Part shown: piece after piece, positions 62,753-64,000 of the stretch
Position numbering within the stretch: the first letter of the stretch is position 1
How the letters are laid out: every line of letters starts with the position of its first letter
IMG/VR virus record: IMGVR_UViG_3300033485_000001
Coordinates: 64,001-128,000 of that record
From: a virus
Length of the DNA: 64,000 nucleotides
Reading direction: 5' to 3' (one strand)
The notes under the pieces: generated by a model
Seen by the model: the letters and a program-made list of their open reading frames with translations, nothing else
Databases searched by the model: none
Told to the model about the DNA's origin: nothing
Made by a program: the position numbers and the translations under genes

Positions 62753-63139
62753 ATGATGAGCGAGATCGACGAGGTCAGGTACGGTGCCTTCTTTGACGAG
62801 CTGGGTCAGATCGAGAAGGCGGGCATCCTCACGAAGTTCGCGGCTGGGCCTGGGTTCTTCGGCCAGCTCTGGCGGGGCGGAAAGCAGCTGCTCACCCAAC
62901 CGACCCACGCCATCAAGGGGATTCAGAAGGCATACGGTCGGGGCTCGCTGCTCCAGGAAGCTACTGGAGGGGGCAGGCTTCGGCAGTTCGGCGGTGGCCT
63001 CAAGGAGGTGTGGAAGACACCGCAGGGCAAGGCCGCCATCGTCGGAGGTCTCGGAGTCGCCGGCGGTCTGACTGGGGCCGGGTACATGGCCGGCAGAGGC
63101 GGCGGTGGCCAGCAGAGCCAGAACGTCTACGTGAGGTAG
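62753..63139 (+). CDS. Gly-rich membrane-active putative virion protein with FFDEL...K-x-A leader
   Basis: AFFDELGQIEKAG..TKFAAG; C-terminal AAIVGGLGVAGGLTGAGYMAG. Confidence 0.7.
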   Translation: MMSEIDEVRYGAFFDELGQIEKAGILTKFAAGPGFFGQLWRGGKQLLTQPTHAIKGIQKAYGRGSLLQEATGGGRLRQFGGGLKEVWKTPQGKAAIVGGLGVAGGLTGAGYMAGRGGGGQQSQNVYVR

Positions 63140-63142
63140 CGC

Positions 63143-64000
63143 GTGGCGCGATCACATCGCAACTCGATGGTCCAGCGGGGCGTGAACCCCGTACTGATCG
63201 AAGATGGCCGGATCATCAACGTCGACATGGCCCACTGGACCGTCGACGTCAGAACCATGCACTCGCAACGGCAGCTCCTCGACATGCAGGTCGGAGCGCC
63301 CTACCTGCACTTCACGGCAGGCGAGGGCATCTACGCGATGCCCGAGGTTGGCGCCAAGGTCAAGACGTGCAGCCCCAGCGACGGATCACCGTTCATCCTC
63401 TGCTTCATCACAGCCTTCGAGCGCGAGGGACAGCCTGCGTCCGACGAGGGACAGACCACGACACGTCCCACGACGGAGACCTCGAGCGAGGAGGGCGACG
63501 CCCCGTCCGAGGTGACGTTCCGTGCTGGCCGCCCGAAGCTCCAGCAGGGCGACATCATGATGCGCTGCCGAGACGGGAACCAGATCTGGCTCCATCGTGG
63601 CGGCGTCGTCGAGATCGGAGCTACCTGGATCGCCAAGCGTTACTACATCCCGCTCCTCAACACGGTCCGGGACATCGCCGAGAATTGGGAGGCGCTGACC
63701 ATCGCTGGAGACATGATGTGGCACGTCGAGCGCGCCGACTCGAGTCAGTCCAGCGAGTCACGTCAGGACGAGGCGACCTTCACCCTCATGGCGAAGAACT
63801 TCGCCCAGGATCAGTACGCCACCATCCTCGTCCGCGCTGGTCACGTCGATGACACAGGGCGGTTCAGAATGATCGTGGCCCCCAACCTCATCGACACCAG
63901 GACCGGGGAGGTTCGCGGTGAGGCGGTCTACACGATGGACATCGATGAGGAGGGCAACGTCGACATCACCGTGAAGAAGGATGTCACGATCACCATCGAG
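63143..64000 (+). CDS. Baseplate spike/hub (gp5/gpV-like OB fold), 3'-truncated by the window
   Basis: Open from GTG 63143 to the window end: GRIINVDMAHWTVDV...GEGIYAMPEVGAKV..C.PSDG.PFILCFI. Absent from the ORF track because it has no stop. Confidence 0.7.
   Translation, partial: MARSHRNSMVQRGVNPVLIEDGRIINVDMAHWTVDVRTMHSQRQLLDMQVGAPYLHFTAGEGIYAMPEVGAKVKTCSPSDGSPFILCFITAFEREGQPASDEGQTTTRPTTETSSEEGDAPSEVTFRAGRPKLQQGDIMMRCRDGNQIWLHRGGVVEIGATWIAKRYYIPLLNTVRDIAENWEALTIAGDMMWHVERADSSQSSESRQDEATFTLMAKNFAQDQYATILVRAGHVDDTGRFRMIVAPNLIDTRTGEVRGEAVYTMDIDEEGNVDITVKKDVTITIE

Noticed and set aside
1-64000. tRNA, rRNA, integrase or transposase genes; bacterial chromosomal origin of the window
   Set aside because: No cloverleaf, rRNA-like or recombinase motifs noticed, and no housekeeping or metabolic operons. 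Gene content is entirely phage-like. tRNAscan/Infernal was not run.

Overview
The window is 64 kb of a large, GC-rich, tailed (myovirus-like) bacteriophage genome. It contains no rRNA, tRNA or CRISPR array. It has three blocks. (1) A plus-strand block (1-33.2 kb): a LigD-like phosphoesterase-ligase, a sigma70-family factor, many virion and baseplate genes, a poly-gamma-glutamate hydrolase, a beta-helix tail spike, a holin/spanin-like cassette and a permuted NlpC/P60 enzyme. (2) A minus-strand replication and recombination operon (33.4-50.2 kb): RusA, a Cas4-like nuclease, an Hjc-like resolvase, RecA, HU, a family A DNA polymerase, an SSB-like protein, primase, DnaB, an Hfq/Sm-like protein, DUF932, family 4 UDG and an SF2 helicase. 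(3) A plus-strand head and transcription block (50.4-64 kb): a portal, a single-chain fused beta-beta' RNA polymerase and a baseplate spike. The most notable observations are: a shared F-x-D-E-L-x-K-x-A / K-x-A leader on many unrelated proteins including the sigma factor (candidate capsid-targeting or maturation-cleavage system); a reduced rpoB-rpoC fusion lacking the beta' N-terminal zinc-binding domain; a TATAAG promoter motif driving minus-strand units; a hidden antisense mini-operon of two 31-aa acidic peptides between portal and RNAP; a structured ~115-nt sRNA candidate alongside a phage Hfq-like gene; and an in-frame UGA readthrough candidate followed by a 3' hairpin. All family assignments come from motifs read by eye; no database search was run.
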